Part shown: positions 1 through 8,087 of the stretch, piece by piece
Layout: every line of letters begins with the position of its first letter
Numbering within the stretch: the stretch's first letter is position 1
Assembly (NCBI GenBank): GCA_964453635.1
Contig: CAYVSK010000003.1
Location: forward strand, 7,922 to 62,017
DNA length: 54,096 nt
Source of the DNA: an uncultured Weeksellaceae bacterium
GTDB lineage: Bacteria > Bacteroidota > Bacteroidia > Flavobacteriales_D > CAYVSK01
Reading direction: 5' to 3'
Program-made: the position numbers and the translations under genes
The notes under the pieces: model-generated
Database searches by the model: none
What the model was told of the DNA's origin: nothing
The model's input: only the letters and a program-made list of their open reading frames with translations

Positions 1-60
1 GCTGGACCTGGACTCATATGTGCGCTTTTTCAGAAATTTGACCTCCAAATCCGGACAAGG

Positions 61-1269
61 ATGAGGGTCTTACAATTGTGTCATAAACCCCCGTTCCCAG
101 GGATCGATGGGGGATGTATCGCAATGGGGAAAGTCACCAGGGGGCTTTTGGAGGCTGGTCAACAGGTCAGGATCCTAACGGCCGAGACCCATAAACACCC
201 TTTTCAACCCGAGCAGATCCCGGAGGACATCCTCAGGGATACCGGGATCGAAGCGATTCCCGTAAATACACGTTTGGATCCCGTGGATGCCTTTGCCAAC
301 CTGATCACACAGGACCCCTACAATGTAAGTCGTTTTTTCTCCCCGGACATGGACATCCGTTTGGTCGAGCTTCTTCAAACTGAGGCCTTTGACGTGATCC
401 ATCTTGAGAGCCTTTTCATGACCCCTTATATCGATACCATCCGGAAGTTTTCGGATGCCCGGGTGATCTTCCGGTCCCATAACCTGGAATACATGATATG
501 GCAAAGAATGGCACAGGGGGAATCCAATCTTGCCAAACGAACCTATTTCAAGCTTCTCTCACGGCAATTGAGGGATTATGAACGCCGGGTCCTGGGCCGT
601 ATGGACGGGATCGCTTCGATTAGTAAAGAGGATGCCCAACGATATCGGAACCTGGGTTGTGATGTTCCCATTCGGACCATTCCTTTTGGTATGGATATAG
701 AAGGTGCAAAGCTGAACGGAAAGGATGCTCCATCCCCCCTAAGACTTTTCCACCTGGGTTCCATGGATTGGCTCCCGAACCGCGAAGGGGTTGACTGGCT
801 ATTGAACGAAGTATGGCCCCTTCTTTTGGAAAAGCAACCGGAAGCCACCCTGTATCTGGCCGGTCGGAACATGCCCGAGGAATTCTTTGAAAGAGATATC
901 CGGAACGTTCACGTGCTCGGGGAAGTAACCGAGGCCCTCAGCTTCATGAACGAACACGGCATCATGCTCGTACCCATTCTATCTGGAAGTGGCATTCGGG
1001 TCAAGATCATCGAGGGGATGGCCCTCGGAAAACCCATCGTATCGACCCGGGTGGGGGCGGCTGGCATCGAATACACGGACCGGGAGAACATCATGATCGG
1101 GGATTCCCCCTCCGAATTCGCGGAAAGCATCAATGAATTGGTGGAAACCCCCCGGTTAAGGGACCATATCGGTCGTCAGGCAAGGACATTGGTGGAAGAA
1201 AAATACGACGACCGAAGGATCATTAGCCAGTTGATCGAGCTCTACAAGGAATTGGGGCAGGAAGCATGA
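61..1269 (+). CDS. glycosyltransferase family 4 (GT-B fold)
   Basis: 402-aa ORF with ATG start. GT-B/GT4 C-terminal nucleotide-sugar motif (VPILSGSGIRVKIIEGMALGKPIVSTRVGAAGIE). Its stop overlaps the next start (ATGA at 1266-1269). Confidence 0.8.
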   Translation: MRVLQLCHKPPFPGIDGGCIAMGKVTRGLLEAGQQVRILTAETHKHPFQPEQIPEDILRDTGIEAIPVNTRLDPVDAFANLITQDPYNVSRFFSPDMDIRLVELLQTEAFDVIHLESLFMTPYIDTIRKFSDARVIFRSHNLEYMIWQRMAQGESNLAKRTYFKLLSRQLRDYERRVLGRMDGIASISKEDAQRYRNLGCDVPIRTIPFGMDIEGAKLNGKDAPSPLRLFHLGSMDWLPNREGVDWLLNEVWPLLLEKQPEATLYLAGRNMPEEFFERDIRNVHVLGEVTEALSFMNEHGIMLVPILSGSGIRVKIIEGMALGKPIVSTRVGAAGIEYTDRENIMIGDSPSEFAESINELVETPRLRDHIGRQARTLVEEKYDDRRIISQLIELYKELGQEA

Positions 1270-2474
1270 GGATCTTCGTTCTTCTTTCCAGGATCCCTTA
1301 TCCCTTGGAAAAGGGTGATAAACTCAGGGCCTATTACCAGGTCAAACAACTTCATCAGCACCACACAGTCCACCTTTGCTGTCTTAGCACAGGATCTCCT
1401 TCCAGGGAAGCTCGAGCGACCCTGGAAACGATCGCCTCTGAGATCACCGTTATTCCACTTCGCAAGACCGCAATGGTTTGGTCTCTCTTTTCAGCCATCT
1501 TTTCACGGCGCCCGTTCCAGGTGGCCTACTTCTACCAAAAACGGGCAAAAGAACAGATCGATGCTGCTATAATGGCCTTTGCTCCAGACCATTTATTCTG
1601 TCAACTGATCCGCTGTACAGAATACGTCAAGGACCACTTCGAACGCCCCAAAACACTGGATTACATGGATGCTCTGTCCAAAGGGATGGAAAGACGAATA
1701 GACCATGCTCCACTCCTCTTTCATCCTCTTTTCCGGTCCGAATACAAAAGATTGGTCCGTTACGAGAATTTGGTCTTTGAATTTTTCGACCAGCACACCA
1801 TTATTTCAGAACAAGATCGGGATCATATTTATCACCAGGACCGGAAGCGGATCCATATTGTGAGGAACGGTGTCGACCTGGACTTTTTTTCACCCATTCC
1901 TGAGCACCCCAAACGTTTTGATCTGGTCTTCACCGGGAACATGCGATATCCTCCGAATGTCGCATGTGCCCGCTTTCTCGTTCACAAGATCCTACCCAGG
2001 ATCCGCCAGACCCACCCCGATTGCAAACTCCTGATCGCCGGTGCCGATCCCGGAAAGAAGGTACGGGAACTGGCCGGGAGCGGTATTGAGGTCAGCGGGT
2101 GGATGCCGGACATCCGAGAGGCTTATGCCATGGCCAGGATCTTCACTGCTCCCATGTACATGGGATCCGGTCTTCAAAACAAACTCCTCGAGGCCATGGC
2201 CATGGGCATCCCCTGCGTCACATCGGAACAAGTGAACAACGCGCTCGGGGCCAATAACGGGGAAGAGATCCTCGTGGGGGAGGACCCCGGGACCTTTGCA
2301 AACCTTGTCCGTTCCCTGATGAACGATACCGGCTTTCGGGATCATTTGGGAAAGAATGGACTGGAATTTGTCCGTCAATACTATGACCAGGAAAGGATCG
2401 CCGGAGGGCTAAAGCAGTTGATCGAAAACTTTCACGGTTCAAGGGACGCGCCTTCAACCCCATCCACGAATTAA
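1266..2474 (+). CDS. glycosyltransferase family 4 (GT-B fold)
   Basis: 402-aa ORF. GT4-type motif (APMYMGSGLQNKLLEAMAMGIPCVTS). Translationally coupled to the upstream GT4 gene. Confidence 0.8.
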   Translation: MRIFVLLSRIPYPLEKGDKLRAYYQVKQLHQHHTVHLCCLSTGSPSREARATLETIASEITVIPLRKTAMVWSLFSAIFSRRPFQVAYFYQKRAKEQIDAAIMAFAPDHLFCQLIRCTEYVKDHFERPKTLDYMDALSKGMERRIDHAPLLFHPLFRSEYKRLVRYENLVFEFFDQHTIISEQDRDHIYHQDRKRIHIVRNGVDLDFFSPIPEHPKRFDLVFTGNMRYPPNVACARFLVHKILPRIRQTHPDCKLLIAGADPGKKVRELAGSGIEVSGWMPDIREAYAMARIFTAPMYMGSGLQNKLLEAMAMGIPCVTSEQVNNALGANNGEEILVGEDPGTFANLVRSLMNDTGFRDHLGKNGLEFVRQYYDQERIAGGLKQLIENFHGSRDAPSTPSTN

Positions 2475-2475
2475 C

Positions 2476-2483
2476 TACCTTTG
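2476..2483 (+). promoter_or_regulatory. putative -7 promoter box TACCTTTG (Bacteroidota consensus TAnnTTTG) for the ribB-type gene
   Basis: Exact match to TAnnTTTG. It lies 22 nt upstream of ATG 2506 in a 31-nt intergenic gap. Confidence 0.4.
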
Positions 2484-2505
2484 CATTTATCATGAAACCG
2501 CCTTT

Positions 2506-3660
2506 ATGAGAAATGATCTGAACAGCATAGACGAAGCGCTCGCCGATATAAAAGAAGGGAAGGTCGTGATCGTTGTGGATGATGAAGACCGGGAGAACGA
2601 AGGAGACTTTATTACCGCTGCGGAAAATGCCACACCCGAGGTCATTAATTTCATGGCCAAGCACGGGCGGGGCCTGATATGCGCTTCCCTGGCTGAATCC
2701 CGGTGTGAGGAATTGGGGCTGGAACTCATGGTATCGGACAACACAGCCCTTAATAAAACCCCCTTCACCGTGTCGGTGGACCTCATCGGTCATGGTTGTA
2801 CCACGGGCATTTCAGCGGGGGACAGGGCCCGGACCGTTCAGGCCCTTGCCGATCCGAACACCCGAAAGGAGGAGCTCGGTAGGCCAGGCCACATATTCCC
2901 ATTAAAAGCAAGGGAAGGTGGGGTCTTACGGCGGACCGGACATACGGAGGCCGCCACAGATCTGGCCCGCCTGGCTGGTTTTCGACCTTCCGGTGTACTT
3001 GTAGAGATCATGAACGATGACGGCTCCATGGCCCGATTACCGGAATTAATGGAGATCGCGGAGCAATTCGGCCTGAAGATCATCTCGATCGAGGACCTCA
3101 TTGCCTATCGCATGGAACATGAATCCCTGATCGAGAAAGAAGTCAAAGTGGACCTCCCGGAAGCTTACGGCGGTTTTACATTGCACGGTTACCGCCAAAC
3201 CACCACCGATGAAGAACACCTCGCTATAACAAAGGGCGATTGGGACAAAGGAGACCCTGTCCTGGTAAGGGTCCAATCGCAGGACATCCTGCGGGATATC
3301 AGCCTATTCCGACACCGCCCCTCTCCGCCCCAACTCAGGGGAGCAATGGACATGGTCGAGAAAGCCGGGAAGGGTGTGATCGTTTCCATGCAACAGATGA
3401 ACACTGGCGGCATCATCAAGCGTCTCCAACACTACAAGGACAACAAAGAAGCAATTGACAAAGGAGAAGGGTCCATGGGATTCCAAATGGATGCACGGGA
3501 TTTCGGTGTCGGCGCCCAGATCCTTCACGACCTGAAAGTTAAAAAGATGCGTTTGATGACCAACAATCCCAAAAAACGCACGGGTCTTGTGGGGTATGGC
3601 CTCGAGATCGTGGAGCATGTTCCCCTTGTGGAAAGGACCGAAATGGAAGGGGACCAATAG
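2506..3660 (+). CDS. ribB: 3,4-dihydroxy-2-butanone-4-phosphate synthase fused to a degenerate GTP cyclohydrolase II-like domain (RibBX-type)
   Basis: The N-terminal half carries DHBP synthase motifs (VVDDEDRENEGDFI, GHTEAATDL). The C-terminal half aligns to RibA (LMTNNPKK...VEHVPL). Where RibA has [16 protein letters not shown] this protein reads RVQSQDILRD..FRHRPS, and where RibA has QEGRGIG it reads QMNTGGI. Confidence 0.85.
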   Translation: MRNDLNSIDEALADIKEGKVVIVVDDEDRENEGDFITAAENATPEVINFMAKHGRGLICASLAESRCEELGLELMVSDNTALNKTPFTVSVDLIGHGCTTGISAGDRARTVQALADPNTRKEELGRPGHIFPLKAREGGVLRRTGHTEAATDLARLAGFRPSGVLVEIMNDDGSMARLPELMEIAEQFGLKIISIEDLIAYRMEHESLIEKEVKVDLPEAYGGFTLHGYRQTTTDEEHLAITKGDWDKGDPVLVRVQSQDILRDISLFRHRPSPPQLRGAMDMVEKAGKGVIVSMQQMNTGGIIKRLQHYKDNKEAIDKGEGSMGFQMDARDFGVGAQILHDLKVKKMRLMTNNPKKRTGLVGYGLEIVEHVPLVERTEMEGDQ

Positions 3661-3688
3661 CGTCATAACATTCGGATGACTGATCTTT

Positions 3689-3696
3689 TATCTTTG
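3689..3696 (+). promoter_or_regulatory. putative -7 promoter box TATCTTTG for the YqgE/AlgH-family gene
   Basis: Exact TAnnTTTG match 40 nt upstream of ATG 3737 in the 76-nt intergenic gap. Confidence 0.4.
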
Positions 3697-3736
3697 AAAA
3701 ACAGGGGCACAAAACCTTTCGATACAGCGATCCATC

Positions 3737-4354
3737 ATGGGCCTTAACGAGAACGATCAACAATTCTTCGATCTCTTTGATATCAAAGAGCTCAATAAGC
3801 TCCGTCCAAGCAAAGGACGCATCCTCATTTCGGAACCTTTTTTAGAGGACCCCCATTTTAAAAGGGCCGTGGTCCTGCTCTGTGAACACAATGAAGAAGG
3901 GTCTTTCGGATTTGTCCTGAACAAATTCATCGATGTGGAGGTCCATGAATTCATTGAGGATATTTCGACCGTTGACCTGAACACACGGGTGAGCCTCGGT
4001 GGTCCGGTGAAGAACGATGCCCTTTTTTATATCCATACACTGGGAGAAGCCTTGGAAGGAAGTATTGAGATCATGAACGGGCTTTACATGGGTGGCGATT
4101 TCGAGACCCTCAAGACCCTGCTCAACACCGGCCAGTTACCGGCGAACAGCATTCGGTTCTTTGTCGGCTATTCCGGATGGGTGACCGGGCAATTGGAAAA
4201 GGAAATGCAACAGAACTCCTGGTTGGTCTCTCGTTTATCGGTCGATGACGTCATGAATACGGACGAAGACAACCTTTGGAACAAGGCACTCGAAAAAATG
4301 GGCCGAAAACACGCTGTTCTGGCCAATTTTCCGGAAGACCCTTCGCTTAACTGA
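3737..4354 (+). CDS. YqgE/AlgH family protein (UPF0301)
   Basis: 205-aa ORF with the family signature (ILISEPFLEDPHFKRAVVLLCEHNEEGSFGFVLNK ... LGGPV ... FFVGYSGW). Confidence 0.8.
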   Translation: MGLNENDQQFFDLFDIKELNKLRPSKGRILISEPFLEDPHFKRAVVLLCEHNEEGSFGFVLNKFIDVEVHEFIEDISTVDLNTRVSLGGPVKNDALFYIHTLGEALEGSIEIMNGLYMGGDFETLKTLLNTGQLPANSIRFFVGYSGWVTGQLEKEMQQNSWLVSRLSVDDVMNTDEDNLWNKALEKMGRKHAVLANFPEDPSLN

Positions 4355-4366
4355 TCAAAGGAAAGC

Positions 4367-5242
4367 TTATCCCCCCGGGGCCTTCAAGACCTTTTGGTTC
4401 AACTTTTCGAGCAAAAAGCGGGATATGCGATCGTGATAGGTGCTGGTACGAAACCGTTCGATCCAGCGGATTCCTGCCACTGAATTGGTCAGGAAACATT
4501 CCTCCGCACGGAGGAGCTGGTCAGCCTTTAACGAACCTTCAAGCACCTCCATGTTTTGTTCCCCGGCTACTTTCATGACCTCCTTACGCATCACGCCACG
4601 CACACAACCATCCTCCAAAGGCGGGGTATAAAGAACGCCATCCTGCACGATGAACAAGTTGGATGAGGTGGCTTCCGGGATCTTCATTTGCCGATCCACG
4701 AGCAAACAATCGTCCCACCCCATTTCCTCAGCATAACGGGCACCCATTACACTGATCAGAGCACTGGTCATCTTGTAAGGGGACAGGAGATCTTTTTGGA
4801 CCCACATATGGGGATAAGTATCGACGACAAGGCCGGTCTCGTTCAACACATACCCCTCGACATTCAGTGCTCGTACCTCTGCAACCCAATTCCCTTTATT
4901 TCCCTCCGGTTTATAGGTCCCCCCGGATTCCCGAAAAAGGGTGAGCCTTATTCTTGCACTCCCAACGATCTCGTTTTTTTCGAGCAAAGCACCGAGCTTT
5001 TTCCCAAGAGAAGCTTCAGAGAGGAGCTCCTCGGGGACCTCCAACCCCAAGGCTTGTCCACCAGCCATCAAACGCTCCACATGCCCCTCCAAAAATAGAG
5101 CTCTACCCTGGACCACCCGAATGGTCTCAAAAAGCCCATCCCCATACAAGAAACTCCTGTTGTTTACTTTTAAGGGAGGTATTGTGGTGGCTTGTAATGC
5201 CCCATTCACCATTATATGACCACCATGGTCATCGCTCTCCAT
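4367..5242 (-). CDS. class IV (fold-type IV) PLP aminotransferase, PabC/Dat/IlvE-like
   Basis: 291-aa ORF with motifs FLYGDGLFETIRV, EATSSNLFIV and GVMR. The subfamily cannot be resolved by eye. An alternative ATG at 5212 would remove the 14-nt overlap with gmhB. Confidence 0.7.
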   Translation of the reverse strand: MESDDHGGHIMVNGALQATTIPPLKVNNRSFLYGDGLFETIRVVQGRALFLEGHVERLMAGGQALGLEVPEELLSEASLGKKLGALLEKNEIVGSARIRLTLFRESGGTYKPEGNKGNWVAEVRALNVEGYVLNETGLVVDTYPHMWVQKDLLSPYKMTSALISVMGARYAEEMGWDDCLLVDRQMKIPEATSSNLFIVQDGVLYTPPLEDGCVRGVMRKEVMKVAGEQNMEVLEGSLKADQLLRAEECFLTNSVAGIRWIERFRTSTYHDRISRFLLEKLNQKVLKAPGG

Positions 5243-5762
5243 GCTCTACTTTTTCCCTGATCCATGTGACCTGTTCCAATGAGCTATTGCTCTGGATCTT
5301 GACAGCCTCTATTCCAGCCCGTGTACCGGCTTCCACATCCCGATCGCGGTCCCCCACCATCCACGTTCGACCGGGATCCAGAGCAAATTTGGCCAAAGCC
5401 CGCTCTACCATAAGCGACCCCGGTTTCCTGCACAAGCAATGGCCGACCGAAGGATGATGGGGGCAATAAAAGGTCCCGGCGATATTCACTCCTTTCTCCG
5501 CGAGGATCGTCCTCAAATAAGCATCGAGCTCCATCACCTCCTCATGCCCGTATATCCCTTTTGCGATCCCACTCTGGTTCGAAACGATGACAAGCACAAA
5601 ACCAGCATCACAGAACCGTTTCAACTGTTCCGGCACACCCTCGAGGAGCTGAAGATCGGCTTTCCGGTACGTATACGTCCCCCTTTCCGCGTTCAACACC
5701 CCATCGCGATCCAACAACAATCCCGGTTGGCCCTGATCGATCTTTGAAGCTGAACGGCCCAT
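5229..5762 (-). CDS. gmhB: D-glycero-D-manno-heptose 1,7-bisphosphate 7-phosphatase (HAD-IIIA)
   Basis: 177-aa ORF with motifs DRDGVLN and VSNQSG, a zinc-loop (CPHHP...CLCRKP) and GDRDRD. Confidence 0.8.
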   Translation of the reverse strand: MGRSASKIDQGQPGLLLDRDGVLNAERGTYTYRKADLQLLEGVPEQLKRFCDAGFVLVIVSNQSGIAKGIYGHEEVMELDAYLRTILAEKGVNIAGTFYCPHHPSVGHCLCRKPGSLMVERALAKFALDPGRTWMVGDRDRDVEAGTRAGIEAVKIQSNSSLEQVTWIREKVEHGER

Positions 5763-5791
5763 TGGATCAACTTAAGAACAGAAGCTCTGGT

Positions 5792-6424
5792 TCACAGAAT
5801 AGCTCCGATATAATCTCTTATCTGGAGGAGGAATCTCCACAACAAAGCATTTTCCAGGATGATCGTGAACACGAAGCCAAAGATCGCTCCCCAAAAATGT
5901 GCATCATGTGCAACGCTATCGGACATTCGTTTTTCCATGTACCGTTCATAGATCAAATAAAGAATACCAAAGATAAAGGCCGGGATCGGCACGGGTATCA
6001 GAAAAATATAGATCGCTGTTGTCGGGCTTATCAGGATGTGCGCAAAGAGGACGGCCGCCACTGCACCGGATGCTCCCACCGCGTTGTAAGAGGGGTCATC
6101 TCCATACTTTTTAAAGGAAGGGAGGGTAGCAAAGGCCATGCCTCCGAGATAAAGGATCAGGAAGTAGATCGTTCCGACGACCGGCTCGAACAAATTCTCA
6201 TGCTTGAAGAAGCTTTCAACATTGGAACCGAAAACGAAGAACACGAACATATTCACCAACAAATGGGGAAAAGAAGCGTGAACAAAGCCGTGTGTGATCA
6301 CCCGATGCCATTCCTTCCGTTGATAGCACTGCCAGGCATTGAATTGGAGTTTATAGAACAGATCCGGATTCGAAAAGGCCGAAAGGGAGATCAAAACGGT
6401 CAGGGCAATGAGGAAAATGGTCAT
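5792..6424 (-). CDS. rhomboid family intramembrane serine protease
   Basis: 210-aa polytopic ORF. It has HGFVHASFPHLLVNM (the H..N region), a catalytic GASGAV serine motif and a downstream AHDAHFWGAIFG histidine helix. Confidence 0.8.
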   Translation of the reverse strand: MTIFLIALTVLISLSAFSNPDLFYKLQFNAWQCYQRKEWHRVITHGFVHASFPHLLVNMFVFFVFGSNVESFFKHENLFEPVVGTIYFLILYLGGMAFATLPSFKKYGDDPSYNAVGASGAVAAVLFAHILISPTTAIYIFLIPVPIPAFIFGILYLIYERYMEKRMSDSVAHDAHFWGAIFGFVFTIILENALLWRFLLQIRDYIGAIL

Positions 6425-6455
6425 CCGGGTACCGTATAAAAAAGCTTCATTCCCT

Positions 6456-8012
6456 TTATTCGCCTTCCTCCGGGATCAAGGTAAAGTCCTTGTCGATCCT
6501 CGGCCGATAGGAACTCTTGTCAAGGATCTCGATATCCTCCTCATGGGGTTCAAAGCCAGGGGCATCGACAAAAATATGGAATTTGCCGGGCGGTAGGATC
6601 ATTATATAGCGCATCGTACGAGAATCGGGCGTGTAATCGCCATACACCTCACCGGTCGCTTTGTCCGTCACCGATATCATTGGCCGCTTGACCTTCATCC
6701 GTCCGGTGTCCTGCGAACGCAAATAGCCCTTGATCACCGTATACCGGGGATCCACGCCTTTGAATTCCACACGGTATACATCAAGATTCCCGTGACCTTT
6801 TTCCCTTAGCGATGATATATAGCCGTACTTACCCGAACGGGAGATGCGAAAATTCATATTGTCATCGGGCGTATTGATCGGATAACCGATGTTCTTGACC
6901 TTCCCCCATCGTCGTTTCACCGTGTCCCATTCCGCGGAAAAGATGTCGTATCCTCCCATGCTCGTATGCCCTTTCGAACTGAAGTACAACTTGCTCCCGT
7001 CGGGTGAGAGGTTGGGAAAATCCTCATCCTCCTCCGTATTGACCCCGGGACCAAGATTTCTGGCGCTACTCCATTTCCCATTGGGCAGTTTTTTCGATAC
7101 ATAAAGGTCAACCCCACCATGCCCCCCTTTCCTGTTCGAAGCAAAAATGATGGCATCCTTTTCATCGGTAATAGAGGCCGCGATCTCGACCTTGTCTGAG
7201 TTGATGGACTCAGGAAGCAGGTTGGGTTCCTTGATCCGGCCATTGACCAGATCCGCCACATACAGATCCCCATCGTAACCGTATCTTCCTCCATCGTCCA
7301 TGTACAAAAGGACCTTATCCCCTTCTCTGGAAAGGCCAACGACCTCTTCATTCCCCTTTTCGGTATTGATGCTTTTCACCAGGGATGCTTCCGTGAATTC
7401 CCCTTCCGCTACCCTCGAGATATAAACATTGGATCGATACGTCCCATTTCGGTTCTCTATGCTCTTCTCCTTTCGCCGGGAATTAAAGAGCAAATAGGAT
7501 TCATCTGCCGGGACAAAGGGATAATAATCCTTGTACAGGGAATTCACCGGATCTCCGAGATCGATGAAGTCAACATCCACGGGGAATTTCATGAGCTCCT
7601 TGGCATTCTCACAATACGCGATCTGCCGGTCAACCTTTTTCAGGTTGAATTCACTCCCCTTTCCTTTTTCTTTGAAATCGTAATAAGCATCAATGGCCTT
7701 GTCGAACTTATAGGCAAGGTGGTAAGCCCGGCCGAGGAGATAAAGCGCGTTCGGGTCGGCCTTTTTGTGCTGAACCGCCTTTTTAAGGTAGGGAACGGCC
7801 TTCGATTTATCGATATTGGTGTTCAGATAACAGACCCCGATCCGGTAATTGTATTCCAATTTGTCCGGGTCCTCCTCATGAAGGAGAAGATATTCTTCCA
7901 TAGCCCCCTCAAAATCTCTCTTTTCGAAAAGATCCCGGGCCACTTTCTCGTTCTGGCCGTTGACCGAACTGAGAAAAGGAACGAGAAAGAACGGAATAAA
8001 AAGATATTTCAT
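6456..8012 (-). CDS. secreted TPR / PD40 beta-propeller / carboxypeptidase-regulatory-like domain protein (PorE-like architecture without an OmpA_C domain)
   Basis: Start moved to ATG 8012, which gives a signal peptide (MKYLFIPFFLVPFLSSVNGQ). N-terminal TPR-like helices. TolB/PD40-type repeats (SPDGSKLYFSS, IIFASNRKGGHGGVDLYVS, YISSLREKGHGNLDVYRV). C-terminal CRD-like sandwich (VIKGYLRSQDTG...GKFHIFVDAPGFEP). Confidence 0.65.
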   Translation of the reverse strand: MKYLFIPFFLVPFLSSVNGQNEKVARDLFEKRDFEGAMEEYLLLHEEDPDKLEYNYRIGVCYLNTNIDKSKAVPYLKKAVQHKKADPNALYLLGRAYHLAYKFDKAIDAYYDFKEKGKGSEFNLKKVDRQIAYCENAKELMKFPVDVDFIDLGDPVNSLYKDYYPFVPADESYLLFNSRRKEKSIENRNGTYRSNVYISRVAEGEFTEASLVKSINTEKGNEEVVGLSREGDKVLLYMDDGGRYGYDGDLYVADLVNGRIKEPNLLPESINSDKVEIAASITDEKDAIIFASNRKGGHGGVDLYVSKKLPNGKWSSARNLGPGVNTEEDEDFPNLSPDGSKLYFSSKGHTSMGGYDIFSAEWDTVKRRWGKVKNIGYPINTPDDNMNFRISRSGKYGYISSLREKGHGNLDVYRVEFKGVDPRYTVIKGYLRSQDTGRMKVKRPMISVTDKATGEVYGDYTPDSRTMRYIMILPPGKFHIFVDAPGFEPHEEDIEILDKSSYRPRIDKDFTLIPEEGE

Positions 8013-8087
8013 GGGGCGTGGGATCGAAAAGGGAAACAGGGTTCGCATGGAAGGGAACAAATCTAAGAACACCGATAGAAGAAGGGG

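Noticed and set aside
2475-2505. A possible FMN riboswitch upstream of the riboflavin gene.
   Set aside because: Only 31 nt separate it from the preceding gene, which is far too short for an FMN aptamer.
5744-6439. A 231-aa plus-strand ORF overlapping the rhomboid gene.
   Set aside because: The minus strand shows the rhomboid catalytic motifs (GASGAV, conserved His) and a hydrophobic helix pattern. The plus frame is hydrophilic, with no motif.
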